Virus genome (UHGV): UHGV-1547525
Reading direction: 5' to 3' (one strand)
Length of the DNA: 22,008 bases
Source of the DNA: a virus
The position numbers and the translations under genes are program-made. Each line of letters opens with the position of its first letter. Positions within the stretch are counted from its first letter, which is position 1. A model generated the notes under the pieces. The model did no database searches. It was not told the origin of the DNA and was given only the letters and a program-made list of their open reading frames with translations. Positions 8,860-16,654 of this stretch are shown here, one piece after another.

Positions 8860-9624
8860 TTAATCAACGATTGTGATACCGTCTTTCAATGCGTTTTGCT
8901 TACCTGCAACATCCAGTGCATCAAAAGCAGAGCGTTTCATCGTTTTCTGACCAATATCATGCTGTGTCGGACGGGAGCCGCCGCCATTGTTGCCACTGGC
9001 TTTCAGGATGTAGTCTTTCTGAGGGTAATTTTCGACAAGGAACTCCAGCGCCTCATCAAACTGCGCCAGTTCGCCAGGCTTCGCGCGGGAATAAATTTTG
9101 TTGCCGGAAGCGTCATAAGCAACGATCCTCCCTTCTTCCACTTTGAATGCCTGCCCGAAGCGGGCTTGTAATAAATCTGCCGGGATCGCAATTTTATCGG
9201 CAATATATTTTGAACCCGCAAAACTACCGCCAATCATAGAATCGTAAAGCTGCTTCTCCAGCATCTGAGAGCGTTGCTTTTCTTCATCTAATTGCTGCTG
9301 AAAATTTTTCGTAATTTCTGCCTTAACCTGGTCAACCTGTCCCGCATCGAGCAGCTTTTTCTGGTCGATTTTTGACAGCATTTCCAGTGCCTCGATCGCC
9401 TTCTTCGGGTCTTCGATAGCGGCAAACTTAGCCAGTTTTTCCTCTGCAGCTTCTTTAGCCAGGCGATGATTTTTTGCCTCGCCATTAAGCTCTGTAATTT
9501 TTTTTGTCGCCAGCGGTGCATCGAAGCCAATTTCTTTACCATCGTCGTGCACATAAACTGGCAGGCCAGCAGTATCAATTTCTGCGTATTGTTTTCCGTT
9601 AATCTCGACCGTTTTCAGTTTCAT
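8860..9624 (-). CDS. Capsid scaffolding protein, putative
   Basis: ATG at 9624 (MKLKTVEINGKQY...) with AGGT Shine-Dalgarno; the ORF-track start at 9696 is an upstream extension. Charged, coiled-coil-like middle (KKAIEALEMLSKIDQKKLLDAGQVDQVKAEITKNFQQQLDEEKQRSQMLEKQL). Position between the Mu-F-like gene and the capsid gene. Confidence 0.55.
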   Translation of the reverse strand: MKLKTVEINGKQYAEIDTAGLPVYVHDDGKEIGFDAPLATKKITELNGEAKNHRLAKEAAEEKLAKFAAIEDPKKAIEALEMLSKIDQKKLLDAGQVDQVKAEITKNFQQQLDEEKQRSQMLEKQLYDSMIGGSFAGSKYIADKIAIPADLLQARFGQAFKVEEGRIVAYDASGNKIYSRAKPGELAQFDEALEFLVENYPQKDYILKASGNNGGGSRPTQHDIGQKTMKRSAFDALDVAGKQNALKDGITIVD

Positions 9625-9669
9625 ATTAGTACCTGGTTTAAGTCTTCCGACAGTTACGCTGCTCACCAT

Positions 9670-9700
9670 CCGGATCGCAGCAATAAAAAAGGCCACCCGA
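9670..9700 (-). terminator. Intrinsic terminator / attenuator hairpin with UUCG tetraloop
   Basis: Minus strand GGCUACC-UUCG-GGUGGCC (7-bp stem with one G-U pair) followed by UUUUUUAUU, between the Mu-F-like gene stop (9729) and the scaffold start (9624). Confidence 0.55.
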
Positions 9701-9728
9701 AGGTAGCCTGTTGTAATAAATGATTTAT

Positions 9729-10844
9729 TTAAATCCCTGCTTTTCTGAATACCTGTGCATCACGCTCACGGAGCTGCTTCAGCGTCAGCCATTCGCCTTT
9801 ATCGGTGTAAAATTCATCTGGCGACATACCACCATCCCGAATCAGCTTTGCTCGGGTTTCCCCCACAATCTGTTTTTGTCTGGTGTAAGGCTGACGCAAA
9901 AACCATTCCCTGTAGGTTGTATCTCCGGCCACCACGCCATCCATGCTGGCCCGCTCAGCCGGGGAAATATCGCGAACATCAATACCCAGTTCCTTCGCTG
10001 ATTTCAGAATGAACGTTTCCGTTGAGCGGCAGCAGAAATGAATTTTTCCCGGCCCCTGCAAATAAGGCACGCTGTGACCTACAGGTTTATTATTCAGCGT
10101 ATATTTGAGGCGATCCCTGATTCGACATTGTGGCGTAGTACGATTATCAAGCGTTGATAACCATTGCTTACCCTTAATCAAATCATTATTCGCGCTGGCA
10201 AAACTCTCACGGGCAGTAGCAGCAAGATGTCCAACCGCTGTTTTTGCAATGCTGGCCGCATTAGCCCGGCTCATCTGCAATGCACCATCCTGAAATCCCT
10301 TACTGACATGTCCCCGAATTTTTCTTGCGATCTGCTCATTGGTATCCCCCAACAAAAAACCCTGACGCACCGTATTTGTTATGCGTCTGAGCCGATCCGC
10401 CTCAAGATCTGAGGCCCACTCACTGAGCAGTCGTCCCTGGAATGGTCGCGCCATTGCAGCGGCATAAAGTGCATCAGGAGAGATACCAACCAGAGGGTGA
10501 ACATCAGCAACAAAATCAGGTAGCATAGAATCAAACAGACTTAACTGATAACCAGCCTCATAAACTGCCAGCTCGTTCAGCTCTCCGGAGAGACTGGTAA
10601 ACATGCTGTTAATAGCAGTGCGGTTAACCTTTCTGACGCTCGCCAGAAGTGACTCCAGGCGCTTAACGGTAAAATTACCTGGATCGAGGCTGTCCAGTGC
10701 TATCAGCAGGCGAGCAGTAAGTTCCGCATCGCTGTCATTCAGTATTTTCACCATTCTGGCAGCCACGCCAGTGCTATAGCGGGATATCCAGACTGCATGA
10801 GCAATTGATTCATCACGCAGCCGTTCATTCACGGTTTGCATCAT
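9729..10844 (-). CDS. Head morphogenesis protein, Mu F-like / SPP1 gp7-like minor head protein
   Basis: 371-aa ORF immediately after the portal gene (20-nt overlap). Size and position match the portal-associated Mu-F-like family; the family call is from recollection of that family's architecture. Confidence 0.7.
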   Translation of the reverse strand: MMQTVNERLRDESIAHAVWISRYSTGVAARMVKILNDSDAELTARLLIALDSLDPGNFTVKRLESLLASVRKVNRTAINSMFTSLSGELNELAVYEAGYQLSLFDSMLPDFVADVHPLVGISPDALYAAAMARPFQGRLLSEWASDLEADRLRRITNTVRQGFLLGDTNEQIARKIRGHVSKGFQDGALQMSRANAASIAKTAVGHLAATARESFASANNDLIKGKQWLSTLDNRTTPQCRIRDRLKYTLNNKPVGHSVPYLQGPGKIHFCCRSTETFILKSAKELGIDVRDISPAERASMDGVVAGDTTYREWFLRQPYTRQKQIVGETRAKLIRDGGMSPDEFYTDKGEWLTLKQLRERDAQVFRKAGI

Positions 10845-12231
10845 TGATTTCCATCAGCATTACACTCTGATTTTTTAATTCATCGATCACTTCCTCTGGA
10901 CGGGAATCCTGATCGATAAATTTCAACGCCTGCAACACCCGAACCGCATCAATCTGACGTATATCACCGCCCTGACGCAATGACTGAACAGCCAGCGCGG
11001 AGGATGAGTCAAACACCTGGGCAGATACATCCAGTTCAGTGCGCACATCCACATTGCCACCGCAACTCTCTCCGATCCATTCCGCCATTATCTGGAGAAT
11101 ATTATCGAGGGCATCTTCGAGGGAGTTCGCCATTGTATAAAGCGGCGAGTTTTCCTGCATTCGCTCTTCATTAGTCTGATCAACAGATTTGGTGGATGTA
11201 TTTTCAGCACGCAGAAGTTTAGCGCCGGCATGACGCATCTGATTTTCCAGCTTCTCAAGTGATGTTTCGCCAGATTCTATCGCTGCGCCACTATGTTCAA
11301 CATATTCGAGGCCATTTTTTGTTCTGTCCTCAAAAATCGTAGCGGTGGATGCACCAACCGTCAGTTCTTCATTCCTGTCCAGCCCGTAGGCCACCAGCAA
11401 TGGAACGCGGGTAACATGAAGAATATTGTCCTGCTCGCTCTGGCTTTGCCAGTGCTTGATATTCAGCAAGCCAAGATTAAGCAATGGCGGTGTACCACGC
11501 ATAAATCCTGTTTTCTTCGTGTACAGTGTTACCAGAGGAATATCATCACGGCTGGTATTCCATGACTCATGAAGCGTCCAGACAGATTCGCCATTAGTGC
11601 CTTCGCTACGTCGATAAATTTCAACTCGACGGGGCATAATATGGCGGATCTGCTCCACCTTCTTCTGCCCGAAATCATCACCATCAATAATGATGACCTC
11701 TTTTATACGCAAATCAGTGAGAACAACTTTCCCTTTTTCAACTTTCGATTTCCATCCAATAACCTGGCGTGGATTCAGCATCGTAACGTACGGACGACCA
11801 CCGGTCGCGTTTTCATCGGCTTTTGTACGAATCTCTTTCATATCCGTTCGTGGATAGTCCACCAGCGCATGTGCCACACCATACTGAAATGCGAGGCTGA
11901 AAAATTGCTGCGCCCACACATCCAGTCGGCTCCCCTCCATGTCGATATTTTCTGCATATTCCCTGATTTTTGCCGGCGTTTCCTCACTCAATACTGTCGG
12001 CTCTGCAAATATGCGCCCAATATTTTGCTTGATGCTTTCTTCATACACAGGAAGTAGCGTAGCCACAGACAGGCGTTTTTTATAAGCGTCTTCATCTTCG
12101 TTAGGCCATTTTGGGAGATAATTTTCCCCCTGCCTGCGCATTTCAAGCGTACCGCCCATCAGTGCGTCGTTAATATCCCACGCCTCCAGCATATCGTTAT
12201 AGTCGAGGTTGGGTGTTGATATATCAGCCAT
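10825..12231 (-). CDS. Portal protein
   Basis: 468-aa ORF starting 2 nt after the large terminase stop. Acidic protein of typical portal size, located between terminase and the Mu-F-like gene. Confidence 0.75.
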   Translation of the reverse strand: MADISTPNLDYNDMLEAWDINDALMGGTLEMRRQGENYLPKWPNEDEDAYKKRLSVATLLPVYEESIKQNIGRIFAEPTVLSEETPAKIREYAENIDMEGSRLDVWAQQFFSLAFQYGVAHALVDYPRTDMKEIRTKADENATGGRPYVTMLNPRQVIGWKSKVEKGKVVLTDLRIKEVIIIDGDDFGQKKVEQIRHIMPRRVEIYRRSEGTNGESVWTLHESWNTSRDDIPLVTLYTKKTGFMRGTPPLLNLGLLNIKHWQSQSEQDNILHVTRVPLLVAYGLDRNEELTVGASTATIFEDRTKNGLEYVEHSGAAIESGETSLEKLENQMRHAGAKLLRAENTSTKSVDQTNEERMQENSPLYTMANSLEDALDNILQIMAEWIGESCGGNVDVRTELDVSAQVFDSSSALAVQSLRQGGDIRQIDAVRVLQALKFIDQDSRPEEVIDELKNQSVMLMEINDANRE

Positions 12232-12233
12232 AA

Positions 12234-13535
12234 TTAAATCCGAAGTGATGTGACTCTTCCGGTCGGTTTGACAATAGGGAATTGCTTAACGATGAAATAA
12301 CCTCCGGCATCATTCGGGTGATCATTGCCAGATTTTTTATCAGGCTCCCCCTTCTCATCCCAGACCTGTTGCTCCAGAGATTCGGCATATAACGGGCAAC
12401 GCTTCACATTAACTTTATAGCGACGCTCACCATTGGCATTGCAGAACATTGCATTCATTGAGTTAACGCGATCTTTTACTGGCGGGTTCGAGCTGTTCAC
12501 CACAACGTTAAAACCAGCCTGCTTAAGCTGGGCTATATCCGTCGTACTTGCGTTACTTGATTTTCTGGAATCCCCGGAAGCATCTGGATAAATATAAATT
12601 TCCCTCACTTTCCGGTAATCATTCCCATCATACAGCCAGAAGCGTTCTTTAATGATGCGGATCATATCCGGCGTATCGTAGGCATTGATGATTTCAGTTA
12701 CCGCACATGGAAGCCCCAAACGCAGCACATGGACGATTCCCGCCATCTTTCCAACGTTAAAATCCATCCCAATATAAATCGGCTCCCCTGGCTGCTCCAC
12801 TTCTTCGCAATTATTCAGTTTCCGGTCAAACTGATGGTAAACAGTACCACTTGTCAGGTTAGTAAACTGTCCTCGAAGATAGGCTTTAATCAGCTCTGGA
12901 GGGTATGATTCAAGAAGCGAAGGAATGTAATCTGCTGGCAGGTTCTTTTCATTATCGAAAGTAGATGCCTGCACCAGACCATACAGTGAGGCCAGCTCTG
13001 TTTTTTCACGCACGGCTTTAACAAACTGCTCGTAGACAAATTTGAATCCTTCCGGCGTGGTTGTAACGTCAATACCGTTGCGAAGTCCATCAATCTTATA
13101 ACGCATACGTGCAATTATCTTGCGCCACGCCGTTCTGGCTTTTTCCTTCGGCAAAATGTCCAGTTCATCCACCAACGCATTACCAATTTTGAAACCGACG
13201 ATCGTTTGTGGCTTCTCCATCGATCTGCAGATAGTGGTTCCCCGATACTGGCGTCCGTAATAAAAGTGAACCTCTTTATTTCCCTCATTAATTTTTACGT
13301 TCAATCCCCAGTCAGCAGCAACTTCTTCCACTGTAGGGTAAAAAATATCGCGAATTTGGGGATACGTTGGCGCAAAATATCCCTGATTTATACCTGGATG
13401 CTCCCAAATCCCCTTGCATATGCCGCCACACCCAACCCATGTTTTGCCCGAGCCAAAACCAGCAATATAGGCTTTAAATTTATGGGGCATTGAAAGAAAT
13501 CGCGCCTGAGGCACATTAAGCGTCGGAGAGATCAT
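12234..13535 (-). CDS. Terminase large subunit
   Basis: Walker A-like GFGSGKT near the N-terminus, size about 433 aa, follows the small terminase with a short overlap. ATG at 13535 has the best AAGGAG spacing; the ORF track extends to a GTG at 13544. Confidence 0.85.
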   Translation of the reverse strand: MISPTLNVPQARFLSMPHKFKAYIAGFGSGKTWVGCGGICKGIWEHPGINQGYFAPTYPQIRDIFYPTVEEVAADWGLNVKINEGNKEVHFYYGRQYRGTTICRSMEKPQTIVGFKIGNALVDELDILPKEKARTAWRKIIARMRYKIDGLRNGIDVTTTPEGFKFVYEQFVKAVREKTELASLYGLVQASTFDNEKNLPADYIPSLLESYPPELIKAYLRGQFTNLTSGTVYHQFDRKLNNCEEVEQPGEPIYIGMDFNVGKMAGIVHVLRLGLPCAVTEIINAYDTPDMIRIIKERFWLYDGNDYRKVREIYIYPDASGDSRKSSNASTTDIAQLKQAGFNVVVNSSNPPVKDRVNSMNAMFCNANGERRYKVNVKRCPLYAESLEQQVWDEKGEPDKKSGNDHPNDAGGYFIVKQFPIVKPTGRVTSLRI

Positions 13536-14610
13536 CTTCATCACTCCTTACTCTGGCATCAACCACATTAATATTGATCGCCACAGGCTGGGGATGTTCA
13601 TTATCTTCCACCGTTTCGATCTCTTTGCGCAGCTTCTGGTTTTCCATTCTGCGCCGTTCAATTTCCAGTTCCTGTAGCCGTTTATCTGCACATAAAGCCC
13701 CGCCAGCAGAAAACAAACGCAACAATTCACGCCGGGCGGCAGCCTTATCCTCCAGCAGGATCTCAACGCCGAATTTTCCGAATTTTGCCCCTGCATATAA
13801 TTGCCGCGCATCCCCATCAAGCAGAGTGGTATCAGCCATATAAAGCTGTCCCGTTCCCTCACCGCAGCACTTCGGGCAGTCCGGATTGGGTATGGCGTTA
13901 TCAACAAAGCCGAGGCCTCCATATTCCGGTTCGGGTTTGCCATCTCTGGAAGCCTGCGCCGCTGCCTTGTCGAATTCTGCTATATCGCGCCACTGGTAGA
14001 GATGATTCTCGCCCCAGCAATAACGGCAGTTAACACGGCGAAATTGTGCAAGCTGATTGGGGTCGGCCAGGACAATAGCCATCAACTGACTCACTAGTAA
14101 ATCCAGGTCTGCGGTATAGCGTTTCTGGTACTGATTGCGGAAGTAGCTGATAGCGCGAAAAACCCTGGCATTTCTAAGCATACGACTGGCGTTGCTGTTA
14201 GCTGTCGCACCTTGCCCCTCATAACCGGCTAGTCGGTACGCCTCTGTCGGCTTTTTACCCTGAGCAACAAGCATCGCAAACTTAGCCTGCTGGTCAGAAA
14301 TGCCGAATTCATCGGGACAGAACGAAAATTCCTCCGCGTCGCCCTCATTCAGGCCCGCATCGAATACTGGCTTTTTTTCCTGAGATTTTTCGTTCCGCTT
14401 TTGTGCAGTCTGCGCAGATTTTTTCTGCGCACTTTTTTGCGCAGTTTTGCACATTTCTGTCTGCGCATTTTTCGGAGTTTTTTTGATGTAACGACGGGCT
14501 GTTGCGTAATTCAGTCCCCTTGCTTCACACCATGCCACCGGAGATATACCGGAGCGGGTGTATTCAGCAATATACTCCTGCTGCAACGCCCCCCAGTCCG
14601 GTCTGCTCAT
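13516..14610 (-). CDS. Terminase small subunit (composite: N-terminal HTH, Terminase_2-like segment, Cys-rich C-terminal region)
   Basis: QQAKFAMLVAQGKKPTEAYRLAGYEGQGATANSNASRMLRNARVFRAISYF resembles the small-terminase (Terminase_2-type) motif. N-terminal HTH-like ISPVAWCEARGLNYATARRYI. C-terminal CRYC...CPKCC cysteine cluster. Directly upstream of the large terminase. Confidence 0.7.
   Translation of the reverse strand: MSRPDWGALQQEYIAEYTRSGISPVAWCEARGLNYATARRYIKKTPKNAQTEMCKTAQKSAQKKSAQTAQKRNEKSQEKKPVFDAGLNEGDAEEFSFCPDEFGISDQQAKFAMLVAQGKKPTEAYRLAGYEGQGATANSNASRMLRNARVFRAISYFRNQYQKRYTADLDLLVSQLMAIVLADPNQLAQFRRVNCRYCWGENHLYQWRDIAEFDKAAAQASRDGKPEPEYGGLGFVDNAIPNPDCPKCCGEGTGQLYMADTTLLDGDARQLYAGAKFGKFGVEILLEDKAAARRELLRLFSAGGALCADKRLQELEIERRRMENQKLRKEIETVEDNEHPQPVAININVVDARVRSDEDDLSDA
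14381..14485. repeat. Array of TGCGCA(G) hexamers alternating with phased T/A tracts inside terS
   Basis: Plus strand cTGCGCAGatttttt cTGCGCActttttt GCGCAGtttt gCACAtttctgt cTGCGCAttttt cggagttttttt: motif starts at about 14411, 14426, 14438, 14448 (variant) and 14462, separated by T-runs at 10-15 bp intervals. Encodes a K/A/Q-rich low-complexity linker. Confidence 0.5.
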
Positions 14611-14613
14611 CAG

Positions 14614-14865
14614 TTAGTCCTGATTTTTATCCACCCTGAGTAGTTCGCGCAGAGCAAAGGCATCCCCTTTTCTGGCAAGCTTAAACAATGCCGCTCGTAA
14701 CTCGGCTTCACCTTTCGCTCTGCCCTTACGGATGGCCGCATAAAAATCTGTCATTGCTTCCCGATTTTCTTTCAGTCGGTTCAGATCAACATCCAGAACG
14801 TCAGCGATTTGTTGTGCAGTCATCCGGCACGCTGCCAGAGACTCGACTTTCGAATACGGAATCAT
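14614..14865 (-). CDS. Small hypothetical protein, possibly helix-turn-helix DNA-binding
   Basis: 83-aa ORF, ATG at 14865 with GGGGGTG Shine-Dalgarno. Ends 3 nt before the terS start. Overlaps the 3' end of the upstream glycosyltransferase-like gene by 65 nt. No motif recognised with confidence. Confidence 0.35.
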   Translation of the reverse strand: MIPYSKVESLAACRMTAQQIADVLDVDLNRLKENREAMTDFYAAIRKGRAKGEAELRAALFKLARKGDAFALRELLRVDKNQD

Positions 14866-15733
14866 TTGTCACCCCCATTGATATGCAGGGTGTCTTCTTC
14901 CTGTATTTTTCGTGAAGGATTTTTACTGCAGCGTTGTTCCAGGTGACCTGATGGTGAATGCGTTTATGGCTGGCACCCATCAGTGAGATTTTTACGCACG
15001 ACGGCGCATACATGACGGAGTAAAAACTTTTAACGTAGGTTCCGGAATCCAGATACAGCTCGGTCATTCCGCCGCTGTTTTTCTGCGTCTGTTTCTGCCC
15101 TAACTGGACAGCACCGATCGTCATAAACAATTCACCACAGCGACCGAGATTCGTGTACGTATTCACATCCTCGTTAATGCGCCCCATGAATGAGAACGGT
15201 CGATCAACCGAACAGATAAAGCTGTTCATTGCCTTGCGTTTCACCCACGAAGCATGGCCGCCATTGTCACCAAGAAAATCCCCGCCCTGCGACATAGCGA
15301 TGGAAAGAGCAGGTATTGATTCGTAGTACGCCAGCATTTCAGAAAGGATCGCATCCAGTTTCCTTATCGGAAAATAGGCCTGGTCATAGTTGCGATCCAC
15401 CCGAAACTGGAACTCGTGATAATCATCATCGAGCTGAATGAAGTATTTACACCCGACCAGTTTTGCCAGGTCGAAACAGGCATTACGGGCGTAAAAAATT
15501 GAGCGGCGGTCACAGAAATTATCGGCTTCGTCAAAACGACTGGCGATATCGGCTTTGGAAAACACCAGCACCTGTTCACCAAATTCAGCCATGTACTGAT
15601 TCCGTGTCTTATCTTCATCATCAACAACGATAAAAATTTTCCCGGTATAGCCAGCACGACGCAACGTCCGGTAAGTCAGAACTTTGTCCGGTCGCCCGTG
15701 AGTCAGAATAAAGGCGCAAAAATCATCACGCAT
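14801..15733 (-). CDS. Soluble GT-A fold (GT2-like) glycosyltransferase-like protein
   Basis: Ordered GT2 signature: FCAFILTHGRPDKV (N-terminal strand), KIFIVVDDED, ARN...LAKLVGCKYFIQLDDDY (DxD). No obvious transmembrane segment. ATG at 15733 preceded by GAGGAGGAGGAA and overlapping the upstream ParB-like gene by 8 nt. Confidence 0.55.
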   Translation of the reverse strand: MRDDFCAFILTHGRPDKVLTYRTLRRAGYTGKIFIVVDDEDKTRNQYMAEFGEQVLVFSKADIASRFDEADNFCDRRSIFYARNACFDLAKLVGCKYFIQLDDDYHEFQFRVDRNYDQAYFPIRKLDAILSEMLAYYESIPALSIAMSQGGDFLGDNGGHASWVKRKAMNSFICSVDRPFSFMGRINEDVNTYTNLGRCGELFMTIGAVQLGQKQTQKNSGGMTELYLDSGTYVKSFYSVMYAPSCVKISLMGASHKRIHHQVTWNNAAVKILHEKYRKKTPCISMGVTNDSVFESRVSGSVPDDCTTNR

Positions 15734-16517
15734 ATTCCTCCTCCTCACCACCATGCATGATCTCCACCATGCGCTGCGTCATCCGGACAAATCCATTTTC
15801 AATAGCCTGCTGATAATCAATGATCACCAGCGCCGACTCCTCGAAAAAACACTGAATTTCAGAGGGGGCGTGAGCGTAATAGTCCGCAATTCTGCTGAAA
15901 TTAAACACCGTGTGACGTTCTGCCGCACACAGGAGGAATTTCTCAATATCAGGCTCAAGGGACGCCGAACGTATCCGGCTGATCAGCTCCTGAGTTTTCG
16001 TATCGTCGTACAGTTCACTGATATCCGGTTTACCGCCCGACGGCTCATAAACAGGCGTATCAATTTTCGTCGTATACGGCTCCTCCTCATTTCCTGTACC
16101 GGGCAAAACATCCGTCAACAGTTCATCAATTTCTGTCGGGCCGAAGCCTGTCAGGGAGACATCAAAATCAGCATTGATTAGGTCCGACAGCTCCATCCGC
16201 AACAGATCTTCATCCCAGCCAGCATTCATCGGTAGGCGATTATCTGCCAGGCGGTACGCCTTTTTCTGCTCATCCGTCAGGCCAGACAGAACAATGACCG
16301 GAACAGAATCCATTTTGAGCATTTCAGCCGCCATAACACGACCGTGACCCGCAATAATTTCGCCCTTTTCGTCAATCAGCACCGGATTAGTCCAGCCGAA
16401 TTGCTTAATACTTTCTACCAGTTGTGCCACCTGCTCAGTACTGTGCGTCCTGGCGTTGTGCGCATACGGTGACAATTCTTGTAATGGGCGATAGACTATC
16501 TTTAATTTCTCGCTCAT
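15726..16517 (-). CDS. ParB-like nuclease domain protein with unassigned acidic C-terminal half
   Basis: N-terminal ~100 aa YRPLQELSPYAHNARTHSTEQVAQLVESIKQFGWTNPVLIDEKGEIIAGHGRVMAA matches the ParB/Srx-fold N-domain pattern as I recall it. Remaining ~150 aa unassigned. Confidence 0.7.
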   Translation of the reverse strand: MSEKLKIVYRPLQELSPYAHNARTHSTEQVAQLVESIKQFGWTNPVLIDEKGEIIAGHGRVMAAEMLKMDSVPVIVLSGLTDEQKKAYRLADNRLPMNAGWDEDLLRMELSDLINADFDVSLTGFGPTEIDELLTDVLPGTGNEEEPYTTKIDTPVYEPSGGKPDISELYDDTKTQELISRIRSASLEPDIEKFLLCAAERHTVFNFSRIADYYAHAPSEIQCFFEESALVIIDYQQAIENGFVRMTQRMVEIMHGGEEEEYA

Positions 16518-16540
16518 ACAGCCTTGCTTTATGAATAAAA

Positions 16541-16570
16541 CGCACCCCAGCAGCCAGTGCTACTGGGGGC
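16541..16570 (-). terminator. Intrinsic terminator downstream of trkG
   Basis: Minus strand CCCCAG-(12-nt loop)-CUGGGG followed by UGCGUUUUAUUC, between the trkG stop (16655) and the ParB-like start (16517). Confidence 0.5.
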
Positions 16571-16654
16571 GGAGGTGTTGCTGGTAAAGTTAGGTATTGG
16601 ATCAATGAGTGAGTCAACATAATATTAAACTCACAATTATAAATCAGCCATATA

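Noticed and set aside
8179-9578. Alternative-frame ORFs within the capsid and scaffold genes (8179..8490, 8809..9171, 8889..9146, 9003..9233, 9288..9578)
   Set aside because: They are nested in or antisense to the capsid and scaffold coding regions, with Arg/Cys/His-rich translations typical of non-coding frames.
13548-14097. Overlapping ORFs inside terS (13548..13943, 13574..13843, 13785..14033, 13801..14097)
   Set aside because: They are nested within the small-terminase ORF in other frames or on the other strand. The terS frame carries the recognisable motifs.
14610-14865. Possibility that the 83-aa ORF and terS are one gene split by a frameshift
   Set aside because: The 83-aa ORF ends in TAA 3 nt before the terS ATG, which has its own AGGA ribosome-binding site and a complete N-terminal HTH. 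Two genes is the simpler reading, though comparison with relatives would settle it.
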